A DNA stretch of 64,000 nucleotides, taken from Bacteroidales bacterium. GTDB lineage: Bacteria; Bacteroidota; Bacteroidia; Bacteroidales; FEN-979. The notes under the pieces were generated by a model. It did no database searches and was not told where the DNA came from. It was given only the letters and a program-made list of their open reading frames with translations. The stretch is taken from the NCBI GenBank assembly GCA_030681475.1, contig JAUXWT010000085.1, forward strand, positions 4,226-68,225. Direction: 5' to 3'. Shown here piece by piece: positions 7,884-18,751 of this stretch (its first letter is position 1; the number at the start of each line of letters is the position of its first letter). Made by a program: the position numbers and the translations under genes.

Positions 7884-8645
7884 TTATTGTTCCAACCCGG
7901 AAAGAATTCGTTTCACCTCCTTCTCCTCAAACTTCGAGATGAATTTCAGCGCCGCGTTGAGTAATAAACCCGGCGGGCGTTTTATTATTTCCGCCAGGGC
8001 CGAAATGACCGTGTCGGTCTTTTCAATATTACTGTTTTTTCTCTCCTCATCTGTTAAAACAGCCAGTTGGCAGGCGAGATCCCACGCAGCCTCGCGGGCT
8101 TTGATCATACTGAAATTGATCACCGCCTCGTCATTTTTTCCTCCCAGCCAGTCAACCAGAAACATCCACCAGGAGATCCGTCCCACCCTGACCTGCATTT
8201 CGTCTGTCAGCCCTGCAAGAATTTCATTTACCATCATGAAATCGTTTTTCAGGCCGTGTATCGCACTTCCCGGGGCCGTTTCGGCGGCCGCAATGCCCAG
8301 GTCGAGGTTGATATGCGCGTTCATCCCCATCAGAAGATGTTGCATTATCGTAAGTTTTTCAGCTGCTGCCCGGAACGGGACGGTCCATGACAGGGAGACC
8401 GGCCCGTCAGAATGTTTGAAATTTTCGTAGGCGGAGATGTATTTGTTTGCGAACGCCACATCCATAAGTTCCATCCGTTCGTTATCATCGAATTGTTTTC
8501 CGTTGATCGCTTTCTTTATTTCAGCGGTCGTCCGCCGGTAAACATAGGCAAAGATTCCCAGGTAGTTGTTTTCGCTGACGGTTTCGGCGATGATCCTGTC
8601 CAATCTCTCCAGTACCTCGTCGATGGTATGCGGCAGATCGTTCAT
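7884..8645 (-). CDS. DUF5995-family protein
   Basis: 253 aa. FAYVYRRTT..I.......F.D..RME.LDV.FAN.Y and MNAHINLDLGIA blocks, as recalled for DUF5995. Confidence 0.55.
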   Translation of the reverse strand: MNDLPHTIDEVLERLDRIIAETVSENNYLGIFAYVYRRTTAEIKKAINGKQFDDNERMELMDVAFANKYISAYENFKHSDGPVSLSWTVPFRAAAEKLTIMQHLLMGMNAHINLDLGIAAAETAPGSAIHGLKNDFMMVNEILAGLTDEMQVRVGRISWWMFLVDWLGGKNDEAVINFSMIKAREAAWDLACQLAVLTDEERKNSNIEKTDTVISALAEIIKRPPGLLLNAALKFISKFEEKEVKRILSGLEQ

Positions 8646-8892
8646 TGGCTATAGGTCGTTTAGGTGATTGTTTTCACGAAGCAAACTTACATAATAAATT
8701 ACACCCCGCAGACGAGGCAGCCTGCATGTAGGTATCCTGAAGTTGTTCGTTTGTCAACATCCCGACTGGTAAGGTTGTGATCAATCTATTTTGTAATAAT
8801 ATTCAAAAAACGTATATTTGATGAAAGATTTCTCCAAAATAGTAAAAAAATAATTTACAGAACAAGAGATAATAGTATAATCCCTAAGCATT

Positions 8893-9318
8893 ATGGCAGA
8901 AATAAAAACAAAACAAAACGACGCAGATGTCAGCGAATTTATCAACACTTTTGCTGATACGGAGCAAAAACGCAAAGACAGTTTTGAACTTTTAAAATTA
9001 ATGCAGGATTTCACCGGTTACGAACCCAAAATGTGGGGACCATCCATCATAGGATTTGGCAAGTATCATTACAAATCAGACAGAAGCCGGCAGGAAGGTG
9101 ATTGGCCTCTTATTGGTTTTTCGCCACGAAAAGCAGCAATTTCACTTTATGTTTATACAGGAAGCGCAAAACACGAATATTTGCTCAAAGACTTGGGTAA
9201 ATTTAAAATGGGGAAAGCCTGTATTTACATCAAAAAATTATCGGATATAAATCAGGATACGCTCAAAAAACTAATTAAAGAAACGATTGATTTTTTGCAA
9301 TCGAAATATAGAGAATAA
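8893..9318 (+). CDS. DUF1801 (YdhG-like) domain protein
   Basis: 141 aa. DVSEFINTFADTEQKRKDSFELLKLM...MWGPSIIGFG...ISLYV is a typical DUF1801 layout. A TATATTTG box lies at 8813-8820. Confidence 0.65.
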   Translation: MAEIKTKQNDADVSEFINTFADTEQKRKDSFELLKLMQDFTGYEPKMWGPSIIGFGKYHYKSDRSRQEGDWPLIGFSPRKAAISLYVYTGSAKHEYLLKDLGKFKMGKACIYIKKLSDINQDTLKKLIKETIDFLQSKYRE

Positions 9319-9535
9319 TTCACAACAAAATTTTATTCCCTTCGTATTGACGGATTTAAAACTTACCTTTGACATAACATAAATACTGGCGTGCCAGAGC
9401 GCTATCAGTTTTTCAGAATATAGAAAGTAATGATATTAGCCAAGGTAATAGATTCTATTCGCCAATAAACAAGTTAGCGGTTATTGTGGAGCTGCAATCA
9501 AAAACACAAATGGACGACTTAAATTTGCAGAAATC

Positions 9536-9910
9536 ATGCAAGAAATTAAATCTATCAACATTATGGATAAATTTTCATTGTTTGAAAAACAAAGGACACC
9601 CCACATTATCGGAGAACTTAATGGACAATATGTAAAACTTTGTAAGCTTAAAGACGACTTTGTCTGGCATAGTCACGATAATGAAGACGAACTTTTTATG
9701 GTGTTTAAAGGGACACTTTTGATGGACTTCAGGGATGGCAGAACCGTTAAGGTTAAAGAAGGTGAAATTTTAATTGTTCCAAAGGGTGTCGAACATAGAC
9801 CACGTACTAATGGGGAAATTGTATTTAATCTACTCTTTGAACCAAAGGCAACTTTACATAGTGGTCATGTTGAAAGCAAGATGACTGTCAAAGAATTAGG
9901 ATGGATTTGA
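9536..9910 (+). CDS. Cupin-domain protein
   Basis: 124 aa with a WHSHDNEDELFMV...G.ILIVPKGVEHRP cupin motif pair. Confidence 0.7.
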   Translation: MQEIKSINIMDKFSLFEKQRTPHIIGELNGQYVKLCKLKDDFVWHSHDNEDELFMVFKGTLLMDFRDGRTVKVKEGEILIVPKGVEHRPRTNGEIVFNLLFEPKATLHSGHVESKMTVKELGWI

Positions 9911-10025
9911 AATAACAAGGGACTTTACTCATAAGCGTACCTTCGTACAATCCAATGGACTGGTAAGAAGCCATTACGAAAGAAAAAGAGTAAAGACTAA
10001 ATTCGTCCAAACCCCATTGTCCTGA

Positions 10026-11275
10026 ATGAACATTTTTCACATCTTTGGTCTGACTGCCATGTTGTTCCTGATCTCCTATTCAAGTGGAAAAAGGCAGGAA
10101 GGAACTGAGCCCGGCAACATGTCTGCACCAACAATGCCGGCGCTTCCGGCCTGGTTATTAAAAGTGACGCGATCGGCGTCGGTTCTGTGATCCATTCCAA
10201 TACTGGAGTGAATGTCACATTTGAACGCTATATGAATAATGCAGACTGGACGAACTGGCAGGATGGATGGCATTTTCTCTCCTCACCAGTCAGCAGCGAG
10301 ATGATCAGTCCGGCATTCACGACCGATCCGTACGATTTTTACTGTTGGTATGAACCGGCCAACCAATGGGTCAATTACAAAAATACTACGACTCCCCCCG
10401 CCTGGAATACAGCTACCGGATCAACAAATTTTATCCTTGGAAAAGGATATATGGCCGCGTATGACGATTCGGGAGTTAAATTGTTCACAGGCACAATGAA
10501 TGTCGGGAATGTGGCCGTTTCAGGACTTACCATTACCGGTTCTGGGCTGAACCGGAGCTGGCATCTTCTCGGAAATCCTTTTGGGAGCGCACTTACCTGG
10601 GATGCCTCCGCATCATGGAGTTTGACCAACATTGCCGGTGTGGCCAAGATCTGGAACGAAGCCAACCAGAGTTATTCCGATCTTACATCCTCGCCATCAA
10701 TCGTTATTCCTGCTACCAACGGATTTGACCTGATGTACGACGGGGAGTTCCTGGCAGGGTATGCACCGGCCTTTTATTCAATTGTCACCGGGATGAAGTT
10801 GTCAACCAATTCATTACCCTCGCTGGCCAATTCGACTGAGATCCTGTTCGGGTTCGTAAAATCCGGCGGCGCTAATTACCGCATTGAAGCAAAGTGTGTT
10901 GAATCCCTTCCGGAAAAGGCCTACCTGCATGATCTGAAGACCGGCACGATTACCGACCTCACCCAAAACCCTGTTTATTCCTTTACCTCATCGACGGGAG
11001 ACAACCCTGACCGGTTTTTGCTTAAATTCGGCAATGTTGGCATGGTGGGCCATGAAGTTAATAATTTACGGGTCTGGTATAGCCAGGAGAAGCTGTTCCT
11101 GTCGAATACTGCAGGCGATGCCTTGGTCGAAATATACGACATGGCCGGGAGGCAGGTATTTCAGTGTAACACCTGCGGCAATCCGGTTCAGTTAAACCTG
11201 GTTGCGGGTATCTATTTTGCCAGGGTAACTTCGAAACAACAGGTTAAAACGGTTAAATTTTTTATCGGACAGTAA
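10026..11275 (+). pseudogene. T9SS C-terminal-sorting-domain cargo protein, 5' region disrupted (apparent frameshift near 10106-10125)
   Basis: The C-terminus LVEIYDMAGRQV....GIYFARVTS..QVKTVKFFI is a type A T9SS sorting domain. The long frame is open only from 10109 (GTG at 10187 in the track) and lacks a signal peptide. A signal-peptide-like ORF MNIFHIFGLTAMLFLISYSSG starts at 10026 in another frame and stops at 10190. Confidence 0.45.
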
Positions 11276-11279
11276 AGGT

Positions 11280-11295
11280 TCCACAACGTTGTGGA
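11280..11295 (+). terminator. 16-nt perfect palindrome TCCACAACGTTGTGGA just after the T9SS cargo stop; possible terminator hairpin
   Basis: Read directly, 5 nt after the stop codon. There is no U-tract, so confidence is low. Confidence 0.3.
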
Positions 11296-11489
11296 TCAAA
11301 GGCAGGGGCGTTGCCAATTTCCCCAGCGACGAGTCAGGTGAAAGACCGGTTTCAAATGCATTGCTGATCATTGAAAATGAAGCATTGTTTTAATTCCATT
11401 TGACTGAGAAAACCACTATTTTCAGCATCACAAGCGTTTTATCACGCCCGATTATTTTTCCAGGTATTGTTAACTCTGTAACAAAGCGA

Positions 11490-11497
11490 TATCTTTG
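11490..11497 (+). promoter_or_regulatory. Candidate -7 box TATCTTTG for the RND efflux operon
   Basis: Matches TAnnTTTG, 35 nt upstream of the ATG at 11532. Confidence 0.35.
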
Positions 11498-11531
11498 TAT
11501 CATTGTAGCTAAAAGTTGAAATAAAAACGAT

Positions 11532-14500
11532 ATGTTGGAAAAAATTATTGATTTCAGCCTGAAGAATAAATTGCTTATCATCCTTTTCACACTCACCATT
11601 GCTGGTTTCGGGCTTTATGCGATCTATAAAATACCATTGGGAGCGGTACCTGATATTACAAATAACCAGGTGCAGATCATCACCACTTCAGGGAATCTGT
11701 CAACACAGGAAATCGAGCAGTTCATTACGGCCCCGGTCGAAATGGAGATGGCAAACCTGCCCGGGGTACAGGAGATCCGTTCGATTTCAAAATTTGGCAT
11801 ATCCGTGGTTACTGTTGTTTTTGATGAGAACCTGGGAACCTATTTACCGCGTCAATTGATCTCTGAAAAGCTTAAAAGCGCTTCTGCCAATATTCCCGAA
11901 GCTTTTGGCGCTCCTGAAATGGGCCCGATTACAACAGGACTGGGTGAAATATACCAATACATCATCGATGTAAAACCCGGGTATGAAACAAAATACACCC
12001 CGATGGATTTAAGAACCATTCAGGATTGGATCGTTAAACGCAGGTTATCGGGTATAAATGGCGTTGTCGAGATCAATAGCTGGGGAGGTTATTTAAAACA
12101 ATACGAAGTCTCCATCAACCCTTCACGGCTTAAAAGCCTTGGTATCACCCTGAAAGAAATTGCCGATGCACTTGACGCCAATAATAACATTTCAGGGGGC
12201 TCATATATTGAGAAAACAAACCAAAGCTATTTTATCAGGGGTGACGGACAGGTAAGGTCATTGGAGGATATTGAAAATATAATTGTCAAAAATTATTCAG
12301 GTAAGCCGGTTCTGATCAAAGACATCGCAATTGTGCACTTTGGATTTGCCAATCGGTTCGGGGCGATCACTGCCAACGGGAAAGGAGAAACGGTGCTGGG
12401 GCAGATCATGATGCTTAAAGATGCCAATTCGAAAGAGGTAATCCGGGAAGTAAAAAGCAGGGTTGCCGAAATTCAGGACAACCTGCCCGAAGGTGTTTTC
12501 ATTAATCCAATCCTCGAACGCAGTGAATTGATATCAAAAACCTCCACTACCGTAGCAGAGAATCTCATCCTGGGAGCAATCATCGTACTGATAACCGTCA
12601 TTTTATTACTGGGCAATGTCAGATCGGCCCTGGTTATCGGCTCAATGATCCCATTGGCGCTGCTTTTCACCATATCCATGATGTACATTTTCGGAATCGA
12701 TGCCAATTTAATGAGTTTGGGGGCGCTCGATTTCGGGATTATCATTGATGGGGCTGTTATTATTGTAGAGTTTATAGCGCTCAGGATCACAGCTCAACAC
12801 GGTGTATATCTCAGCGCCTCGGGAGATGAAAAGCAGGCCATTTTAGACAAAAACTCGTTTGAAGGCGCTTCAAAAATGATGAAATCTGCCATTTTCGGAC
12901 AAATTATTATCCTGATCGTGTTTATCCCGATACTTGCATTAAAAGGAGTTGAAGGTAAAATGTTCCATCCTATGGCTTTGTCATTTTCTTTTGCCATTAT
13001 CGGGGCTATGATACTGGGGTTAACATGGTTGCCTGTTGCATCATCGCTTTTTTTAAGACCGGCCCACACAAGCTGGAGAAACATCTCCGACTGGATCATG
13101 GGCATGGCACACAAAACATATCTTCCCGCAATTAAATGGTCCTGCAATCATAAACGTATCGTATTAGGAGCTGCTTTAATCTCCTTAATCATGACGGGAA
13201 TATTGTTTTCAAGGATGGGGGGAGAATTTGTTCCAACGCTCGATGAAGGGGATTTTGTTATTCAACCGGTTTTGAAAACAGGAACTTCGTTATCGAAAAC
13301 AGTAGAAATGACGACCCGGATGGAAAACATCTTGCTTGAAAGTTTTCCGGATGAAGTAGATCAAATCGTTTCGAGAATAGGCGCTGCAGAGGTGCCAACC
13401 GACCCCATGTCGATGGAAGAGATTGACGTGATCATTAAATTAAAACCCAAAGAAAGATGGACTGCCGCTAATGACAAAGAAGAACTTGCGGATAGGTTCA
13501 GGGAGGCGCTTTCCATAATTCCGGGAGTGGATTATGAATTTACCCAGCCCATCGAAATGCGCTTTAATGAGCTTATAACCGGAGTAAGATCTGATATCGC
13601 CATAAAAATATTTGGGGAAAACCTTGAATACATTAACCAGAAAGCCATTGAAGTCAGGAATTTAATTGCGGATGTTCCTGGCGCAAGTGATGTAATATTA
13701 GAGAAAACTTCAGGCCTGCCACAAATAAAAGTTAGCTACAACAGAAGTAAAATTGCTCATTATGGCGTGGATATAAATACATTAAACACATGTTTATCAA
13801 CTGCTTTTGGCGGAAAAATTACAGGAGTGGTCTTTGAAGGCGAAAAACGCTTTGATATGGTTATGCGTTTTGAAAATCAAAACAGAACAGATATTGAGGA
13901 TGTCCGCCAGCTCCAGGTACCGGTTTCTGAAGGACTTCAGGTTCCAATTACTGAGCTTGCCGACATTCAGTATTCCGAAGGGCCGGCAAAAATATCGAGA
14001 GACAACACTCATCGCAGAATCGTTGTGAGTGTTAATGTCCGCAATCGCGATCTGCAATCCGTAGTTAAAGATATTCAAAATTTAATGGAGAAAAATATAG
14101 CGCTTCGTCCGGGAAACTATATTGAGTACGGCGGGCAGTTTGAAAATTTACAAAATGCCTCCAGCCGACTGATGCTTGCAGTTCCCATTGCCTTGTTATT
14201 AATATTGATCTTTTTGCATTTTGCATTTAAATCATTGAAGGATGCCGTTATGATATTTACGGCCGTGCCATTGGCAACAGTTGGCGGAGTTTTTCTGTTG
14301 TGGGCACGTGGCATGCCATTCAGCATCTCAGCAGGAGTAGGGTTCATAGCGCTTTTTGGCATTGCGGTATTAAACGGGATCGTTTTAATTGAACATTTGA
14401 AAGAACTTCAACAACAGGGCATGACCAACATGCGCGAATTGATTTTAAAAGGGACGAAAGACCGTTTACGCCCGGTTATGTTAACAGCAGGAGCTGCTGC

Positions 14501-15875
14501 CATGGGATTCCTGCCCATGGCCATCTCTACCGGCGCGGGCGCTGAAGTTCAGCGGCCACTTGCCACGGTGGTTATCGGCGGACTTGTAACATCGACCTTG
14601 CTGACCATGATCGCCCTGCCTTTGCTGTTTGAAATCTTTTACAATGTAACCGGAATTAAGTTTTTCCCATTAAGGTTTATCCGGTCAAAAACCACCCTTG
14701 TTTTGGCTTTGTTATTTGTAACGGCGGTTTCATCCCATGGGCAAAATCAGGATATGAAACTGAACAACGTGATTGAAATCGCCTTGCAAAACAATAAGGA
14801 AATAGCCGCGTTCAGCTTAAAAGTTGAACAACAAAAAACCTTGAAGAAAACCGCATTCAAAGTTGATAAAACCAGATTTTCATATGGAACAGACCAAAAT
14901 AATATTGCCGAAAATGGCTTCCCGCTGAACGTTTGGAGTATTGACCAAAGTTTTAATTTTCCGACTTTATACTTTGCAGAAGGTAAGGCAAGGCAGGTTG
15001 AAGTCTCGATAGCCGAAACAGAATTCAATATCAGGAGAAACGAACTGATCAAAGAGATATCTGTCGTTTTTTTTGAATATCAAACGTTTTTGAAGAAACA
15101 GAATATTTACAGGACCCTTGACAGTCTGTACACATCACTTATTGGTAATTCTGAAAAGCAGGTCAAAAAAGGGGACATAAGCCATTTGGAATGGCTGAAT
15201 CTAAAGGCCAAAAACAATCAGGTTTCATTACATCTGAGCACTAATGATTTAAATAGCAGCATTTCGTACAGTAAATTGAAATCACTGATGAATTATCAAA
15301 GGGATTTTGTTGTTACAGAACCGATCGAAATTTTGCCTTACATGCCAGTCACCGTTGATTCTTTGCCCGTTTTTGAATTGCTTCGGCTCAAGACTAAATA
15401 CGCTGAGGCGCTTATCAGCATTGAAAAAAACCACATGCTTCCCGACCTGTCCGTTAATTACTTTTTAGGTACAAACAGGCGCGAAAATGCCAGGTATTAT
15501 AATGGTTTTCAAATCGGCATCTCAGTCCCGTTGTTTTATGGAAGCGGAAAATCCCGTATAAAAGCTGAAAAAATCTCCCATAATGTGCAAGCCATGCTTT
15601 CTGAAAATGAGAAGGTGATGATCAATAGCAGGATAAAAGAATTAATTACCGCGCAAACAAAAAGTATTGAGTGGTTAAACAATTACAATTTATCAGGCAA
15701 ACCATTGCAGGATGAACTTAAAAGATCATCCTTGAAGTTATTCCAATTAAGGGAGATAGACTTTTATCAATTCGTAAACAGCTATGAAGCTGCCGTCCAA
15801 ATCCAACTTGAATATTTTGACAATGTGTTCGAATATAACAGATTAACAACTGAATTACTATATTTTTCAAAATAA
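11532..15875 (+). CDS. czcA: CusA/CzcA-family heavy-metal RND transporter fused in frame to a TolC-like outer-membrane factor
   Basis: 1447 aa. Residues 1 to about 1040 are typical CzcA (MLEKIIDFSLKNK..., 12-TM architecture). A hydrophobic linker TTLVLALLFVTAVSSHGQ (codons about 1054-1071) follows. The last 375 aa or so have OMF/TolC-like repeats (LNNVIEIALQNNKEI..., LEYFDNVFEYN). Confidence 0.85.
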   Translation: MLEKIIDFSLKNKLLIILFTLTIAGFGLYAIYKIPLGAVPDITNNQVQIITTSGNLSTQEIEQFITAPVEMEMANLPGVQEIRSISKFGISVVTVVFDENLGTYLPRQLISEKLKSASANIPEAFGAPEMGPITTGLGEIYQYIIDVKPGYETKYTPMDLRTIQDWIVKRRLSGINGVVEINSWGGYLKQYEVSINPSRLKSLGITLKEIADALDANNNISGGSYIEKTNQSYFIRGDGQVRSLEDIENIIVKNYSGKPVLIKDIAIVHFGFANRFGAITANGKGETVLGQIMMLKDANSKEVIREVKSRVAEIQDNLPEGVFINPILERSELISKTSTTVAENLILGAIIVLITVILLLGNVRSALVIGSMIPLALLFTISMMYIFGIDANLMSLGALDFGIIIDGAVIIVEFIALRITAQHGVYLSASGDEKQAILDKNSFEGASKMMKSAIFGQIIILIVFIPILALKGVEGKMFHPMALSFSFAIIGAMILGLTWLPVASSLFLRPAHTSWRNISDWIMGMAHKTYLPAIKWSCNHKRIVLGAALISLIMTGILFSRMGGEFVPTLDEGDFVIQPVLKTGTSLSKTVEMTTRMENILLESFPDEVDQIVSRIGAAEVPTDPMSMEEIDVIIKLKPKERWTAANDKEELADRFREALSIIPGVDYEFTQPIEMRFNELITGVRSDIAIKIFGENLEYINQKAIEVRNLIADVPGASDVILEKTSGLPQIKVSYNRSKIAHYGVDINTLNTCLSTAFGGKITGVVFEGEKRFDMVMRFENQNRTDIEDVRQLQVPVSEGLQVPITELADIQYSEGPAKISRDNTHRRIVVSVNVRNRDLQSVVKDIQNLMEKNIALRPGNYIEYGGQFENLQNASSRLMLAVPIALLLILIFLHFAFKSLKDAVMIFTAVPLATVGGVFLLWARGMPFSISAGVGFIALFGIAVLNGIVLIEHLKELQQQGMTNMRELILKGTKDRLRPVMLTAGAAAMGFLPMAISTGAGAEVQRPLATVVIGGLVTSTLLTMIALPLLFEIFYNVTGIKFFPLRFIRSKTTLVLALLFVTAVSSHGQNQDMKLNNVIEIALQNNKEIAAFSLKVEQQKTLKKTAFKVDKTRFSYGTDQNNIAENGFPLNVWSIDQSFNFPTLYFAEGKARQVEVSIAETEFNIRRNELIKEISVVFFEYQTFLKKQNIYRTLDSLYTSLIGNSEKQVKKGDISHLEWLNLKAKNNQVSLHLSTNDLNSSISYSKLKSLMNYQRDFVVTEPIEILPYMPVTVDSLPVFELLRLKTKYAEALISIEKNHMLPDLSVNYFLGTNRRENARYYNGFQIGISVPLFYGSGKSRIKAEKISHNVQAMLSENEKVMINSRIKELITAQTKSIEWLNNYNLSGKPLQDELKRSSLKLFQLREIDFYQFVNSYEAAVQIQLEYFDNVFEYNRLTTELLYFSK

Positions 15876-15886
15876 TAGTCAAAAAA

Positions 15887-17002
15887 ATGAAGACAAATCC
15901 AGCAATGATATTGATGTTTGCCTGCATGGTGGTTATTTCCTGCAACAACCCATCAGCCGAAATACCGGTGGATAAAACAAACCTCCTGGAAATATCCAAA
16001 TCACAATTTCAATCGGAAAAAATGGAATTCGGTGAACCATCATTCAGGCCATTATCTGAGTCGGTACATTTTACCGGTACACTCTGCCCCTCACCAAATG
16101 GCATCGCACAAATCAGTCTTCCTGTGGCAGGGATAATAAATAAGATATATTGTAACCCGGGCCAACTTGTCAATATTGGCCAGAATCTGATTGAAGTGAG
16201 TGGAAATGAATTTATTGATATGCAAAGAGATTTTGCCGAATCCGCCGCCAGCCTTAATCGGTTAAAAAGTGATTATGAACGGATAAGAGAATTATTTGAT
16301 GAAAACATTGGAACTCAGAAGGAGTTAATTCTTGCCGAAAGCAACTATAAATCTGAAAAAGCGAAAAACACTGCGCTAGGGATCAAACTCGGGAAAATAG
16401 GCCTTGACATGTCCAAAATTGAAGATGGGACTTTCTATAATTCATATCTGCTGAAAACTCCGGTCAAAGGGTATGTTACAATGATAAATGTAACCGTTGG
16501 GCAATATGTTGAACCTCAATTAATGGTTGCCGAAATTATTGATGTTGAACGATTTCAATTGAAGATTTCAGTTTTTGAAAAAGACCTTAAAAAATTGGAA
16601 ACCGGACAAAAGATCGAATATTATTTATCAGGAAATAACAAGGAATTGCAAAAAGCGAAATTGACCATTGTTGGAAAATCGATCAACCATGAAACGAAAG
16701 CAATCGAATGTTATGCTGAAATTGAGAAATCAAAAGCATTTCCTCCCATCAACAATCAATTCGCCGAAGGAGAGATCATTGTTGATGCCGATTCCATTTT
16801 TTCCCTGCCCGAAACCGCGTTTATAAGAACTGAAAATGAAGCCTATATTTTAACTTTGGAGAAAGAAACGGATGAAAGCTATTTTTTCAACAAAATAAAA
16901 ATCAAGACCGGCCGGAAGAATAAAAATGCCGTTGAACTGATCGAAAAACCAAAGATCAACAAACTCCTGATCAACGGGGTTGATAATTTAAAAATCGAAT
17001 AA
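15887..17002 (+). CDS. Efflux RND periplasmic adaptor (membrane fusion protein, CzcB/HlyD family)
   Basis: 371 aa, lipoprotein-like N-terminus (VISCNN), coiled-coil and beta-barrel segments. It lies directly downstream of the RND gene. Confidence 0.8.
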   Translation: MKTNPAMILMFACMVVISCNNPSAEIPVDKTNLLEISKSQFQSEKMEFGEPSFRPLSESVHFTGTLCPSPNGIAQISLPVAGIINKIYCNPGQLVNIGQNLIEVSGNEFIDMQRDFAESAASLNRLKSDYERIRELFDENIGTQKELILAESNYKSEKAKNTALGIKLGKIGLDMSKIEDGTFYNSYLLKTPVKGYVTMINVTVGQYVEPQLMVAEIIDVERFQLKISVFEKDLKKLETGQKIEYYLSGNNKELQKAKLTIVGKSINHETKAIECYAEIEKSKAFPPINNQFAEGEIIVDADSIFSLPETAFIRTENEAYILTLEKETDESYFFNKIKIKTGRKNKNAVELIEKPKINKLLINGVDNLKIE

Positions 17003-17155
17003 TTTATTGTTTGGTCTAAGGTAATATGATGAATAACAAGAAGATATCACGCCAATCATCCTTAGTTGGTTTGTATAACTTGCCATATTTGCCTACCTTT
17101 GTATTTTACAAAAATAATTACAGCATTATATTTACAGAACAGAAAGAGGTACATT

Positions 17156-17608
17156 ATGAATGAAATGAAAATATTTACTGAAACAAACAAACCAGATATC
17201 GCAGAGAAAAACAATATCGTTGATTTTCTATTTGAACACCTGGAAAACTATGGCGACAAAAAAAACGATATTGAAAAAGCGATCAATTATGCCCTGAAAG
17301 AGTATCAATCATTTGGAGGGTTCATTCTGGTTTCGTACGAAAACGCTGAAATTACAGGAACTGTGGTTGTAAATCAAACGGGAATGAAAGGCTATATCCC
17401 CGAGAACATATTGGTTTACATCGCAACGCACAATAAACACAGGGGAAAGGGAATTGGTAAACAACTCATGCAGGAGACGATCAACAAGGCCAATGGAAAT
17501 ATTGCCTTGCATGTCGAGCCAGATAATCCGGCCAGGTTTCTGTACGAGAAGTTCGGTTTTTCGAGCAAGTATATCGAAATGAGGCACTTAAAAACAGCAA
17601 ATCATTAA
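17156..17608 (+). CDS. GNAT-family N-acetyltransferase
   Basis: The start is moved to the Met at 17156 (MNEMKIF...). The acetyl-CoA binding motif HRGKGIGKQLM and the C-terminal FYEKFGF are present. Confidence 0.75.
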   Translation: MNEMKIFTETNKPDIAEKNNIVDFLFEHLENYGDKKNDIEKAINYALKEYQSFGGFILVSYENAEITGTVVVNQTGMKGYIPENILVYIATHNKHRGKGIGKQLMQETINKANGNIALHVEPDNPARFLYEKFGFSSKYIEMRHLKTANH

Positions 17609-17618
17609 CAATAATGCA

Positions 17619-18749
17619 ATGACCTATAATGAAATAGTTGCATTAAGACATGAACTTCACAGGAATCCTGAAATCTCAAATTTAGAATATAAAACCTCTG
17701 AGCGTATTACCGGGTTCATCAATGCTTTTGCACCCGACGAAGTTATAAAACTGGGGAACACGGGAAGAGCTTTTGTGTTCCGGGGAAAAGCGCCAGGGAA
17801 GACATTGATGTTCCGGGCAGAACTTGATGCCTTGCCCATTCAGGAAACCTCATCAGTGGCTTATTCATCGGCAATAACAAACGTATCACATGCATGCGGA
17901 CATGACGGCCATATGGCGATCGTTGCCGGTTTGGCCAGCAAAATTGCTAAAAACCGGCCTGAAAAAGGAACAGTCGTATTGCTTTTTCAACCCGCCGAAG
18001 AGGTGGAGCAGGGGGCGAGGGATGTTGTTGAAAACGTCGAATTTAAAAGGATCGAACCGGATTGTATTTTTGCTTTACACAACATACCCGGCATAGAGAA
18101 AAACAAAATCCTGTTGAAAGCGGGAACCTTTGCTTCAGCATCCAAGGGGATGACCGTAAAACTCTTTGGCAAAACATCGCATGCGGCCGAGCCTGAAAAT
18201 GGCATCAGTCCGGCAAATGCAGTTGCTGAGATTATCAGGGAACTGCACCGGGTGGTGAAAAACAAGCGTCTGTTTAAGGATGTTGCGTTGCTTACCATCA
18301 TTCATATTCGCATGGGCGAAGTTTCATTTGGCACAACACCCGGGTATGCAGAAATAATGGTCACATTGCGCGCGTTCGAAAATGAGGACATGGCAATACT
18401 GACCCGGGAAGGGGAAAATATTATCAAGGGAATAGCAAAAACAGAGAATCTGACCTGTGAAATTTCATACAGTGAGGTTTTTCCGGCAGTAGTTAACCAT
18501 ATGGATTGTTTAGATCTGGTAAAGCAATCCGCGGATAAAAATAACCTTAAAACAGAATTTCTTAATGACCCTTTTAAATGGTCGGAGGATTTTGCGTATT
18601 ATACCCAAAAGTACAAAGGGTGTTTCTTTGGATTGGGCGCCGGCGTGGATCATCCGCAGCTTCATAACCCGGATTTTGATTTTCCTGATGAAATTATTGA
18701 AACGGGAATAAACATGTTTGATACGATCTGTAAAAACTTCAACTTTTAA
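17619..18749 (+). CDS. M20D-family amidohydrolase (N-acyl-amino acid / hippurate hydrolase type)
   Basis: 376 aa. LHRNPE, HACGHDGH and FQPAEE metal-binding blocks typical of M20D aminoacylases. Confidence 0.8.
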   Translation: MTYNEIVALRHELHRNPEISNLEYKTSERITGFINAFAPDEVIKLGNTGRAFVFRGKAPGKTLMFRAELDALPIQETSSVAYSSAITNVSHACGHDGHMAIVAGLASKIAKNRPEKGTVVLLFQPAEEVEQGARDVVENVEFKRIEPDCIFALHNIPGIEKNKILLKAGTFASASKGMTVKLFGKTSHAAEPENGISPANAVAEIIRELHRVVKNKRLFKDVALLTIIHIRMGEVSFGTTPGYAEIMVTLRAFENEDMAILTREGENIIKGIAKTENLTCEISYSEVFPAVVNHMDCLDLVKQSADKNNLKTEFLNDPFKWSEDFAYYTQKYKGCFFGLGAGVDHPQLHNPDFDFPDEIIETGINMFDTICKNFNF

Positions 18750-18751
18750 TC

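Noticed and set aside
835-8645. Prophage or defence island (AbiE, superinfection-immunity-family protein, transposase)
   Set aside because: There are no integrase, phage structural, terminase or further defence genes. The intervening genes are ferritin and miscellaneous DUF proteins. It is better described as a patchy accessory region.
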